From Marsupella aquatica (Eukaryota > Plantae > Marchantiophyta), in contig OZ316894.1 of the NCBI GenBank assembly GCA_973895155.1, forward strand, positions 22,105,867-22,169,866: a stretch of DNA of 64,000 nucleotides. The letters are read 5' to 3'. The stretch's first letter is position 1. Every line of letters starts with the position of its first letter. Under the pieces are notes generated by a model. It searched no databases. It was given only the letters and a program-made list of their open reading frames with translations, and was not told the DNA's origin. Shown here one piece after another: positions 39,948 through 51,137 of this stretch. A program made the translations under genes and the position numbers.

Positions 39948-40958
39948 AGTAATTGAATAGGTTTGTGTGCCAGCACAATGTTTTAAAACTGCTGGAACCG
40001 TGTTTTGGCTTTCCATGAATGATGTTCAAGTTTTTGATGAGTTATTTGTAATTTTTGTCCTTGACTTTTCTGCGTTGTCTTGCATTGCGGCTGCATTGCA
40101 ATTTTTTCTAGCAATAAATGGCTCCTTGGAAACAGAGAAAGCATCAATGAAGCCCTGAGCAGTATGATACTATCTCGATCAGTAAGCTTCCAGTGAGATT
40201 GGTTTTTGGAAGTCGAACAAGCACTTTGGGCGATCCCAAATTCACCATGGACAAATCCCTAGAAATATTATAATTTTCTAATGTGAGGGATTTTGAACTT
40301 TACACAGTTCCAAATTGGCTCAATTGTCGAGAGTCAGTCAGGTTCGTGACCTGTCCACAATCTTTTTCCTTCCGATTGTATTATTGATGAATATGATTGT
40401 TATTTGAGGGGAGCCACCAAAGTGAGGAGAAATGGGCCAAGACGCAACGGAAGCAATCAAAGAGACATGGAAGAGCATTGTGATTGATGCACAGCTAATT
40501 TGAATAGCCAACAACCACATGGAAGGCATCAAGCTCATGGCATATAAAATACTTCTAGAAAGTGGCGTGAACTAAAAGCACAGGTGACACTTTGCAGACC
40601 TTTTGGTAATAAAGGTGACTCTCATTCCTGAAAAATCTGGTAAACAAAAACTTGTCATCACAACAGCAGAGAGAGCGTAGGTGCAACTTGAACCTATGGA
40701 ATGGCATGTGTGATGTCAGAATCCAAATAACCACTTTATAGAGTACTGTGAGAGGCGTGTGCTCATTGTAAAAGGTGTCTTTGCAAAAGAAAGTTGCAGA
40801 ATAAGCCAGCTGACATTGAATTGAATGTATAAAAAACCTCATGAAAGCGCTTTTTCAGGTAGTCTTTTGTGAATCAATCTCCCTTTCTTGAAAAAATAAC
40901 TGGCGTACAAAAAGGATTTCTAGATTATGCTAGTTGAAGTGCAGGATTGGAGCTCAAT

Positions 40959-42341
40959 CTAGGGTACCCTTGCCCTTGCGCTCCTTCTCTGGTCTAGAAT
41001 GTCAACCTCATTAAGCAGATTGTCCTGTGCTTCTGGCCCTCCTTCCATGTATTCTCGTCTGGGCACATGTACTCCACTGTATCCACCAGGGTGAGCTGTA
41101 ATCCCCCGAATCAGCTTAGGGCTAATGTGCTCACCACGGTGAATAAGAAAGTTGTGGAGAATGCAACAAGAGTAAATCATAGACCCGATCCTATCTTTTC
41201 TTGGTTTCCAAAGAATTCGGCTAAGGATTCTCCAGGTACCTTTCAGTTGTCCAAATGCTCGTTCCACTGCCATTCGTGCTTGAGAATGTCGATGGTTCCA
41301 TCTGTCATGTTCATCAGATAAACCATTTGTGAAAGGGACAATCAACCATGGATACAAGGGATATCCTGCATCCCCAATAATGTACTCCCTCAACACGGAG
41401 GTGCCGTCTTGACAGAAATACTCCAAGCCATGCAGCCTTGTACGTCTATATTCAACATCTCTAAAGAAGGTAGAAACTCTAAGCAATCTGGTATCTTGTA
41501 TGCTACCTGGCCAACCTGCTACAACATCCAAGAACCTGAGGTTAAGATCCACAATGGCCTGCATAGAAACCGACATTTTTTTCTTGAAATCAAAGTAATC
41601 CTGGCTACGCTCTGAGGCTGGCAGTTCAACTGGGAAATGTGTGCCATCGACTGCCCCACAACAGTTGGGGAAACCCCATCGTGCAATGAACTCCAATTTC
41701 ACTTTTTCAAGCTCTGTTGCACTCGGCCATTGGATCAGATGTCTCCCTTGCTTGATTATTGCTTGAATAAACTTCCAGGTGACCTTGACTACAGTTGCAT
41801 GAGAAACTCCAAACAACTCCCCGATCCGAAGACATTGATCTCCTGTGGAAAGCCTTCTAATTGCAATAGCCACCTGCCTCTCGACAGAGAGTTTTCTATT
41901 TGGCAGTGTACAGAATGCTGCCGGTGGATTTGTGACCATGTCCCCATGAACCATCTCACATATTGCATAAAACGTCCCGGGGCTAACACGGAAAAATTCC
42001 TTGAATCTATTAGGATCATCGTAAGGAACAAAGTCAATAAACAGATAAAACCACTGGATGGTTCTAGGTTTAATGTACCAAGGGCAATCAATCTCTCTTT
42101 TTCTCATGAAATAGCTTCTCAGAACTTGAATGAAGGCCCACACTTGCGGCCAAATCTCATCATCATCACGACGTCTTTTCCTTGACTCGAAATTGAACAC
42201 TCTATTCAGCTGTGATGGATTTGTGAGCCTCCCAATATGAAGCCCAGGAAGAAGCGTAACAAGAATTGGCACAGACGTTGCTGCATAGCTCATCACCAAT
42301 GCAGCCAGGGAATCCAGCAGAACCTCATCTTCAAATTCCAT
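40959..42341 (-). CDS. PIF/Harbinger (HARBI1-type) DDE transposase, intact ORF
   Basis: FKEFFRVS, HTH (LSVERQVAIAIRRLSTG..IGELFGVSHATV), CCGAVDGTH, GWPGSIQD, IIGDAGYPL, ARMAVERAFGQLKGTWRIL, CCILHNF; first ATG at 42341. Confidence 0.93.
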   Translation of the reverse strand: MEFEDEVLLDSLAALVMSYAATSVPILVTLLPGLHIGRLTNPSQLNRVFNFESRKRRRDDDEIWPQVWAFIQVLRSYFMRKREIDCPWYIKPRTIQWFYLFIDFVPYDDPNRFKEFFRVSPGTFYAICEMVHGDMVTNPPAAFCTLPNRKLSVERQVAIAIRRLSTGDQCLRIGELFGVSHATVVKVTWKFIQAIIKQGRHLIQWPSATELEKVKLEFIARWGFPNCCGAVDGTHFPVELPASERSQDYFDFKKKMSVSMQAIVDLNLRFLDVVAGWPGSIQDTRLLRVSTFFRDVEYRRTRLHGLEYFCQDGTSVLREYIIGDAGYPLYPWLIVPFTNGLSDEHDRWNHRHSQARMAVERAFGQLKGTWRILSRILWKPRKDRIGSMIYSCCILHNFLIHRGEHISPKLIRGITAHPGGYSGVHVPRREYMEGGPEAQDNLLNEVDILDQRRSARARVP

Positions 42342-43030
42342 CTCAACAATAAAAATGGAGCTCACTGCAGCAAACGAAATTGAAACCTCTCCGCAGCAGA
42401 AATAAAATCAATCAAGAGGGGAACAAGCACGGGCGCAAGACAACAGAGGTGGCATTTTAGACAGTGCAAGAGTCCTCTTTCAACACTCACAGGAGAGATC
42501 GATAGGAAAATAATGGACCGACGGTTAAGGTGACCGTCGTTCAAATTTACCGGTACACCGTCAATGCTACTGCGTGGGAAAAGTTCTTAGGGGGCCCATG
42601 GAAAGAGATGTGATAGGGCCCCTCAAACGCTGTTTCAGGGCCGGGCCGAAGGAGGGTGAGGGTCGGTGTGAGGGCTGATGGAACAGTGTTCTTAAGGCCT
42701 CTAGCCATATTCTCCTTTGTGGCCCTCTTATGTGGTTACTCTTGAGCTTTCCTAGGTTTTTCAGTTTAGTGCTAAGTAGGGCTTTTAATTAGCTCCTTTG
42801 CGGTTGTGCCTCTTGGGTGTTTCGGCCTTTCTGGTCACGGGCGCTTTTTGGTCGGTCAGCCATTTTCGAGTCTACAACTTTTTCCTCCGGGTTTCCGAGT
42901 GCTGACCGCGACCGGACCGGCACTAACCAGCCCGGTTTGAAGTGACAGGCAACTTGCCGAGTTGCCCGACACGTAAACTCGGCATTTGCCGGATTAAAAA
43001 GCCTCTATTTGACGCATATTTGCACTTATT

Positions 43031-43296
43031 CCCCGGCCCGGCCCGAATTTCTCTTGGCCCGGCCCGAACTCTTCCCGGCCTCCTCCCGGACCCTGACGCC
43101 CTTCCCCTCCCGGCACCCGGCCCGGCCCCTCCCCTCACCCGGACCCGGCCCGTCCCGGCCCTGCCCTGCCCTGCCCTGCACCTGCCCTGCCCTGCACCTG
43201 CCCTGCCGGCCTCCCCTCCTCCCTGCCGGCCCGGCCCGGCCCGGCCCTCCTCCCGAACCCCTCCTCCCCTCTTCCCGAACCCCCCTCCTCCCTCCT
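43031..43296. repeat. Very GC-rich low-complexity tract (CCCGG/CCCTG/CCT repeats)
   Basis: Almost purely C/G with strong C skew on the plus strand; many GGG runs on the minus strand. Confidence 0.85.
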
Positions 43297-43370
43297 GAAG
43301 TTACAGTAGGTGAAGTGTGGTTTCCGAACATGCTGCAGTTCGAATTTTGCTGCTGCTTTGCAAAGGGTGG

Positions 43371-43576
43371 GAAGTCGTCCATGCTGCCTAGTGCTGTGAA
43401 GCTCGTCGATGCCCGTTGCTGCTGTGAACCGATGGGATGCTGGTTAGTGTTGTCAACTTCGTCGATGTTGCTTGCGCGGTGAAGGTCGTCCATGCTGCCT
43501 AGTGCTGTGAAGCTCGTCGATGCCGGTTGCTGCTGTGAACCGATGGGATGCTGGTTAGTGTTGTCAACTTCGTCGA
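43371..43576. repeat. ~113-bp-period tandem duplication upstream of the 43782 ORF
   Basis: gtcgtccatgctgcctagtgctgtgaagctcgtcgatgcc.gttgctgctgtgaaccgatgggatgctggttagtgttgtcaacttcgtcga occurs twice. Confidence 0.9.
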
Positions 43577-43781
43577 GGCTGCTTGGTGCTGTGAAGCTCG
43601 CTGTGAAGGTCGAGGCTGCTTGGTGATGTGAAGCCCGCTGTGAAGGTGGAGGTTGCGTTGGCCGGTGAAGGCTCTGTTGTGCGTCCTGTGAAGGACCAAG
43701 TTGCGCTGTGAAGTTTACAGAACGGAAACCTCGAGGTGCACGGCTTGCTGATCGAACAGAGAGTCGAAGAAGTCAAGGAGG

Positions 43782-44288
43782 ATGTCTAAACTCTCCGTGG
43801 AGGAGAGATTGCTTTCGGTAGAGAAAAGGTTAAGCAGATATCGAAAAGAAACACGGAAAGACAAGAAACATTACGAGGAGTTGCTGAAGAAAAGCGATGA
43901 CAAGATCGAGAAGTTGAAAAGATCTATTCACATGGATGCCCTTGCGTGGGCTCCCATGTATATTTCAATTATTGCTGGGGAGCTAGTTAACTTTCTGATG
44001 GGGACTCAGCTTAGAATCCATGTACCAAGTGCTCCAGTGCTTAGAAACTTTCGGTTTCTCACAACTTTGGCTAATGCATTGGGGAAAACACATAGTGACA
44101 CAGAAGCACTATGCAGTAGGGTGATAGTGCAGCGCAACATGCATGCTCATTGTATTAGCAAAACAAATTTGCTTAGATGTACCAAAAGATGTAGAGGTTT
44201 GTTTAAGAGACATAAAAAAGTAAAAGATATCATTCCTGATCAATTTCTGCTCTTGGTAGCAGGGAAAGATGTAGAACTAGAATTGTAG
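43782..44288 (+). CDS. Uncharacterised 168-aa protein: N-terminal coiled coil plus a helical domain with an RNMHAH (HEPN-like) motif
   Basis: Intact ATG-to-stop ORF. Its degraded paralog at 21610 differs at many synonymous positions (atc/ata, aag/aaa, tct/tca, gat/gac, tat/tac, att/atc, gag/gaa, ctg/ttg), which supports past coding constraint. Confidence 0.65.
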   Translation: MSKLSVEERLLSVEKRLSRYRKETRKDKKHYEELLKKSDDKIEKLKRSIHMDALAWAPMYISIIAGELVNFLMGTQLRIHVPSAPVLRNFRFLTTLANALGKTHSDTEALCSRVIVQRNMHAHCISKTNLLRCTKRCRGLFKRHKKVKDIIPDQFLLLVAGKDVELEL

Positions 44289-44290
44289 AA

Positions 44291-47200
44291 GATTTTGGAC
44301 TCGTAAGCATTTCATAAGAATCATCTTGTGTTGTTTCGCTTCGTGATTTTAGTGCCAGAGGTCATGAGGTGAACATCTATATGTCTTTCTCAAAGTTTGC
44401 CGAGATACTGCATAGTTTAGGACTGCAATTGAGGTCGATGGTGTAATGATCCTCCCAGCTTCGTCACCTGGCTGTGGACTTGACAATTGATTAATGAATT
44501 TGAATTTGTAAGAAATTAATCGTTCTTTCTGTGTTGATGATGCGGATGTCTCCCAAACATTTAAGCTAGATTGTTCTTCTTTCCTCCCGTCCTCTCCTAA
44601 CAGCATCTTTCATAATTCAATTCTTGAGCTGAACCTTCATTAATCTTCTAGAACCTCGTTCAAAAGCGGGTTTTTCAAAGTACTTGTAGTATTGAGGTCG
44701 ATGGATTAGTTTGTACACTAGAAAATGGACTGATTGCTTTTATACCAGGGCAGTTATTGAAATTCCAATTGGATCTTTCCTCCATAGGATTTACTTCTGT
44801 ACCCTTTGTTTCTAATGTCATCTAATCTGCCTACTTGGAGTCTTTGGCGGTCAAGCCCACTACATATACAATAGGACAGTCCTTCGAGTCAGCATCGGAT
44901 CTGAGGACCAAGAATTGCTTTGTTTGCCACTGAACTGTGTGCCTACCTTCCATAAGCTGATGTTTATTTTGGTTGTCATTGCAGTGGATGTTCATTGTCC
45001 CAGTCACTTTAATTTTGGTGAATGCAGACACTCAATTTGCAAACTTGCCGGAAGAGGGAGCTCCTGGTCAGGGAGCTGCAGGGACGCAGCCCGCGAGTTG
45101 GTGGTCCGGGGGGGGGGGAGCTGCTCGCAGCCGGTGACTGACAGTTGCTCTTAGATTAATGCTGCTCTTTGTCGATGTAGCTTAAATTTCTGCTATCTGG
45201 CATCAAGCTTGTATCGACATGTAGTTAGCGGTTCAACCCTACCGCCCCTGCTGTTCTGCTTAGATTAGTGATGAGTTCCACATTTAATGTACAGGGGTGT
45301 AATTTTTCTCTGTAGGTACCTGTCCAGATGCCATTGAACTGTGCAATCAGTGCACTAAGAGTGGCTGTTTCAGGAGACCTATGGCCTACGGAGGCTTGTC
45401 AAAGCTTTCTCTTAGGCGTTAATGAACTCGAATGAATATTCCCGGATGGGTTGCCAAAACTTGATCCAATAGAGGTAACTTCTTTTTTGTTTCTTACATT
45501 CTTTCCTTTTTGTCAACGTTCTGTTTGATATTTAGGTTAGTATGGGTATTTTATGTCAGTCATGAAGACGTCTCTCTGTCATAAGATGATAATTGAGTCG
45601 ATTGCTGTTAGCAATTTAGTTAATTGAAACAATCAGCTCATGGGTCGACATTAGAGGGCAAAGACAGTATTGAGGAACGAACTGACTTGTGGAATAAACT
45701 CTCTGAATAGGCCTATTTACTGAACTTGATCATCACCTATTTACTGAACTTGATCATCAGCAAGTGGTTGTTCTCTCGAGTGTTTCCTACCTGTAGACTT
45801 TGCTAAACCCAATATATTTTACGATACTAGCATTAAAATCAGTTTTCTAGTCGTACCCAAGGTAGTTCAATGACATGCAATGATCTGCTCCTCGGGTCTG
45901 CTCCACTATCTCTCCAGCGCCAACAATAACTCCAGCCAGAGAATTATGAACTCCAAAATGAGAATACGAAGAAATCTGGCTCTGATTCATGTGGTAGAAG
46001 CCAAACTCATGTGCTGCGTCTTTGAAGTACCGTAAAGAATGTGCGAGGTTTCCAAGACAGGATAAGGTCGATTTCAGCTGAGTTGATCACAAATTCTCCT
46101 CGTTCTCATTTTGCTGCTGCTGGTATCTCTGCTCCACTGCACATTCTGTGTTGATATAGAAGCCAGCATCAGATTCTGCATTTCCAACCTAGTCTACATA
46201 TCATGGGAAGAGCCGAAGGCAGGACTTGGACAAATTTGTCTGAACACCGAATTAAGTTTTTCCTCATCTCATTGTCCTCCTGCTAGTATCCCTGTTGCTG
46301 TTTCAGAGCCTGCTCCAACTGTGCAATGCGTTGGTCTTTCTCCCGGAGATGGTTTTGATCACTGTCAATTTTGGATTCTGCGTCCGCCAATCTCTTCTTA
46401 AACGTTTTGATCTCCTTTTCCCAAGCCTCGTCTGTCACCTCGAAAAGCCCATGGGCTACCCGTACAAGTCGCCAAATTGTAAGGATCACAAGCAATCCAA
46501 CCGTGTCTGTGTCGAGAAAGATTTCTAAAAACAGAGCTGTACCAACCACAAATGCTTCCAGCACAGGATGGCGGAAAAAGTAGAGGCCATTAGAAACCAA
46601 CAGAAGTATGACATTCAAAGCGAGGACCGACAAAATGGCAATGGAGATCCAGAAGACAACCCTCCAGGGCTCCGTTTTTCGAACTAATCCACACATTGGC
46701 AATTCTCGAGGTAAGCAGAGCAGACATTCAAGTCAGTGGTCTTGTTCTGGATGGTCCTGAGTATGTCAACAGCCGTAGCAAAGAGATCTACCAGCAAGAG
46801 AGAAACAATGAAGACGGGAACTGGAGTGGATTCCAGATACTGCGCCAAATCCTTCCGCCATTGCGCCCGAGTATCTTGTTCGATGATCCCGGCACGGAAG
46901 TCAAAAGCGGCCTTCTGCTTCTTTGCCCAAAAGCTCGATATGTTCTTTAGCGAGCCTTTGAGCTCGTCGAAACCGCCCGAATCAACAACTCCGTGATAGT
47001 CTACTGCTGCTTGATCTTCCCAGCAACTTCTGGCTCAAATTGTCTGCCATTCCAAGAGCTAGCTGCTCTCCCTTTCACACCTACGAAGAGGATGATGTTC
47101 GAGCACAGCAGCACTCGCTCCAAACCGTCGCTTAAAAGCTTCAGAAAGCAATCGAACGTGGATGGTTGCCAAGGACGACCTCACGGCTGTCCAGTGTCAT

Positions 47201-50200
47201 TCCGCTCAGCTCAACTTCACGTCTCAAATCATGATCCATGACAACCCAGCTCCTTCGTGCTTATAGGGAAAGAGGCAAACAAGTCTCAAGTGAAATTGAT
47301 CTTCCAACCGTTGTGCACTTCGCTCAAACTAGAGAAAGTACCACAGCATTTGTCAAAACCCAAGAAGGGTAAAAAATACTCCTTGTGAAGCAGCAGTCGA
47401 TAGGATTCCTCAATCGATCTGTTGCACATTCCACCAATTTATGAATTTTCTTAGAGTTCGTCTGGACGCTAAGAAATACAGATCCTCTTCCTCGATCTCC
47501 CTTGCATTCAATAGTCAAAACGAATCCATGATTTTCTTAGCCTTGGTCTTTTCTTTCTCAAAGAAAACACGGAGAGTCTCGTCAAGAAGCAGTACGACCG
47601 AATGGGTATTTGGGCTCCTCTTGCAGAGTCTTAGCAAAGCTATGATTTTACTGCAAACCCTCTTTCCATCCAGAGTTCACACGCGAATAAAGCAAAGAGC
47701 AGGGACAAAGATTTCTCTGCTCCTGCACTCGGTTTCAATTTCAAAGAACGTCCTAAATTCAGTGCAGCTCATCCGCCCTTGTCGAATCATCCATTATTTC
47801 CTGATCCGCCAGTGAGGAACTTTGAAATCCTCACTCTCACAAATAGATTGCATTCTGAGCTGGGCAGTCTCATCTCGCTTTCTCGTTTCACCTGACTCGG
47901 GACCTACAATACCAATCTCCAACTAACTGCGAATTGCTGCCCCCAATTGAGAATCAAGGATTGGGTCGAGAGAAGGTGCAACCACAGAACTGTAGTTGCA
48001 GGAAACAGAAATTCCAACAACATTTCACATGATTTTATTTCACCTTAATTTCGGGGTCCACTACTCATGGGTTGTGGAGATTTCGGCTCTGACTTCATGA
48101 TAATTGTTCCTGTCCTTGGTTTATTCCCGAATGTGCTTGTTGTACTGCAAGTGCAGTGGAGTGGTCCCTCCTCGATATTCTCTCTAATCTTCCAGTGTGA
48201 ATTTTACTGAACACTGTCAAAAAAACAGAAACAAAAGGCTTAATGTGCTATAGATCACATTGCCACAAAGCAAAAGGCGTGCAACCTGGACACATGATCC
48301 CACACTCGAAAGACCCAATCAAAGGGAAGCAAACACTGCACAAAAAAAAAACAAAAAAAAGGCTGAGTGTGCTACAGATCACATTGCCACAAAGCAAAAC
48401 GGGAGACATGATCCAACACTCGAAAGACTCAATCAAAGGGCAGAAAGCAAAGAGCTAGAAAAGCCCTAAGGACCCAAGCAGAGGCTTCAAAAATGTTCAG
48501 ATGAGTAGGTCGTTTTACATTGACTTGGATGCCAAAAAAGTTTTGATGCAAATCTTTCCTTTTGTGCTAATTTTTGCCATTTCTTGCCTCTTTTGTGACA
48601 GAACGTGACAGAACTCGGAACTTGCACTAAAACAGTCCTTCCCTATTCTGATAGGTCTATTTTCATTGAAAGTTATGGTTGGTCAACTTATAACCTCATA
48701 GCAGTCTTCAGTATTTTCTGTAGACTTTCCTTATGATTCTTATTTCACAGTTGTCAGAGTTGGGTGAGGTATGTAAATCTTACTTCACATTTGTCAGATT
48801 TTGGTGATGTTACAGTGTGCTCAAGTCAAGCAATTTATAGTGAATTTCTAGAGGTGGATACTAGTGTGCCTCAACAGAGACTTTCCCCTTCAGTTGAGTA
48901 CATCCATTTCCCACGTGTGACCCTAGTTGTCCCACTTGTGACCCTAGTTACTTAGGACACTAGACGTGTACCATTAGATAATGACACTATTGGACTGTTA
49001 GATCTTTATTACTAGTTGTTTCTTTCTAGGTTTTTGGTTACTTGGCATGTGCCCTTTTCTTTTGGGTTTCGTGTTTGTCATCTGTATACCTTTTTGCTTT
49101 AATTTACTCTGTTGTACTTTGTTTGGCACTTGTTAGACGATATTTAATTTTCTTCTTTCTTTTGGAGGTGCTTTTGGGTTCTGAGGGCATGATTAGGTTG
49201 ATGGTTGTTCCAGTTTGGCTTATCCCCCAATGTGCTTGTCTTACTTACAGTGAAGTGGGGCATCCTTGAGTTTTCTCCCTAATCTTCCTTTGTATTTTTA
49301 ATTGAAAGTTTTATGGGTGGTCATAACTCATAACCTCATAGCAGCTTCAACGTTCTTCTAGACTCTCAATGTGAATCTTCCTATTTTTGTCTGAGGTTTT
49401 GGGTCATAACCATGTAGCCAGTCTGGACACTCCGGGTACTCCCTCATCCTGTCCTTGATTTAGATTTGTGTTATCGGGGTTAGTTATGTGTAAACAAAAA
49501 ACACTAATGTACGCATGATGGGATTAGTGCTGGCCATTTTATTAAGTGACAACAGTACCTAAGAGATATACACGTATAGATACACTACTGTGCATATGAA
49601 ATATAATTGGCAAAAATGGTCTGCTCAGGTCATGTGTCATCAAATTTACTTTGGAGTTTTGTCAAAGGAGTGAATCATTTCAGATATCATGGAGTCACTC
49701 AGAACTTAAAATCAAGTTTATTGTACTAACTTGACTACCCATTCTTTGAATGTAAATAGAGGTGAGAACATTCAAGCGTGTTGCCCTTTCAATTTTTAAA
49801 TTTTTTAAATTTTCAATGATTCTCACTCAATTGGTTTCTAGTGACTCCTGGAATGGAGATAATCAAGCATCAAGCTTTTACTGAATTAAAGAAAGAATGA
49901 AATATAAGGTTGCAATAAGTTTGCCCTTAAGAATTATTAATGGCCATGTAAGGCTCCACACAAAGTAGGAGCAATTAGGGGTAAATGAACCACACTGTTG
50001 GGTGGAATGCGAGTTTAAAGAAAACTATCTCCAGCAGGATTCGAGCCTGACAACTGCCCTGCCCCACTCACCTGCTGTACCACCTTACTAATCTACATAG
50101 CTAGTAAATCAAGACCGGACACTAGGATAAGGGCCCACAATCTAGTGTGCATGCCATTGTGAGATTGTCTTTGCTCAACAATCTTGGCCGTCTCACTGAC

Positions 50201-50374
50201 TAATAAAGTTGTATACACAAATGTCTGATGGAATGACTCTACACTTGGTAAGTGATTGGGTTACTCCGGGGTTCTACCAGACTTTTCAGTTCCCCGCTCA
50301 ATAGGGTGTTAGCCTCACGGCTCCTTTGTAGGTTTCTTTTTTGGTCCTTGTTCCTTGTAGGCTTTTGGTTGGGA
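44291..50374. repeat. Segmental duplication, copy 2
   Basis: Colinear with 29266-34891; contains an extra ~450 bp at 49572-50024 and a private ~25-bp duplication near 45712-45760. Confidence 0.95.
46283..47050 (-). pseudogene. Hv1: Hv1 duplicate pseudogene
   Basis: ATG at 47050. An extra base near codon 11 (cttcccagc vs cttccagc) gives an early TGA; there is a further indel near 46680 and loss of Gly-Tyr from HPGYV. Confidence 0.88.
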
Positions 50375-50428
50375 TCCCCTTTGACTTGTTTTTTATGGGG
50401 CCCTTGCCCCTCTTTTCCTTCTCTTCAT

Positions 50429-50743
50429 TAGGGCGTCTCAAACTTAAGCATTTGGAATTCCAAATGGCACCCGGGATTTCACAGTCGCGGGCCGCTCGGA
50501 TCAGGTGGTCGGCCCACCGATTTGGTGACCGGAAAGTTTTTACCGGGTTTTTTTGGTTACAATTTTGCTTTGGAAAAACCCAGGTCTAACCCGTGCCGGG
50601 ACTCCTTTTAGGTGCGAGGTAAAGTTCAGACCCCCGGTTTTTTGGGACCCGATTTTGGGTACCGGTGTTCAATATCGGGCGGCGACCAGAGACATCCGGG
50701 TGACCGGAAGGAGTCCTAGAACGCGCAGGGTTGAGACGCCCTA
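50429..50743. mobile_element. MITE-like non-autonomous DNA element
   Basis: 13-bp TIR tagggcgtctcaa / ttgagacgcccta; GC-rich interior with repeated ggtgaccggaa and ccgg motifs; no unambiguous TSD (TA possible). Confidence 0.7.
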
Positions 50744-51137
50744 TTGGGTTGCTTTGCCATTGGGACCTTGTCTCCCGGGTTAGATGTGTTATGCCCTTGG
50801 GCACTCTGATACATGGATGGGGTTACCATACTATCCGGCAAGGTGATAAGTGAGAGGGTTACCACACTCTCTCACAGGGTTACCACACTGTCTGGTAGGG
50901 TTACCATACTCGTTGGAAAGGCTGAAGGAAAGTGAGATTTGGAGCCGTACGATGATAATTTCATTGGATGCAGATGCAAATCTGTGAGGCCCTGAAAGAA
51001 TTTTATCAAGGAAAGTGCAGCAGAAGCTGCGTGAGCCCCATGCAGATTCCGGAACAGGTAGAGTGGAAGAAGATTCTCAGTAGACTTGGTTGAAGGTGGA
51101 GGTGACTTTGAGGATTTTGAGGTCCAGACAGAGTGAG

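Larger units (their letters stand above)
38509..42691. mobile_element. Full-length PIF/Harbinger DNA transposon with TIRs and TTA TSD
   Basis: Left TIR gagctatgttccatcagccct (38509-38529); right TIR reverse complement gaacactgttccatcagccct (42671-42691); TTA at 38506-38508 and 42692-42694; convergent Myb/SANT and DDE ORFs inside. Confidence 0.93.

Noticed and set aside
41637-42185. 182-aa ORF antisense to the transposase
   Set aside because: Shadow ORF with no motifs.
42923-43493. Pro-rich and Gly/Arg-rich ORFs on both strands
   Set aside because: By-product of the stop-poor GC low-complexity tract.
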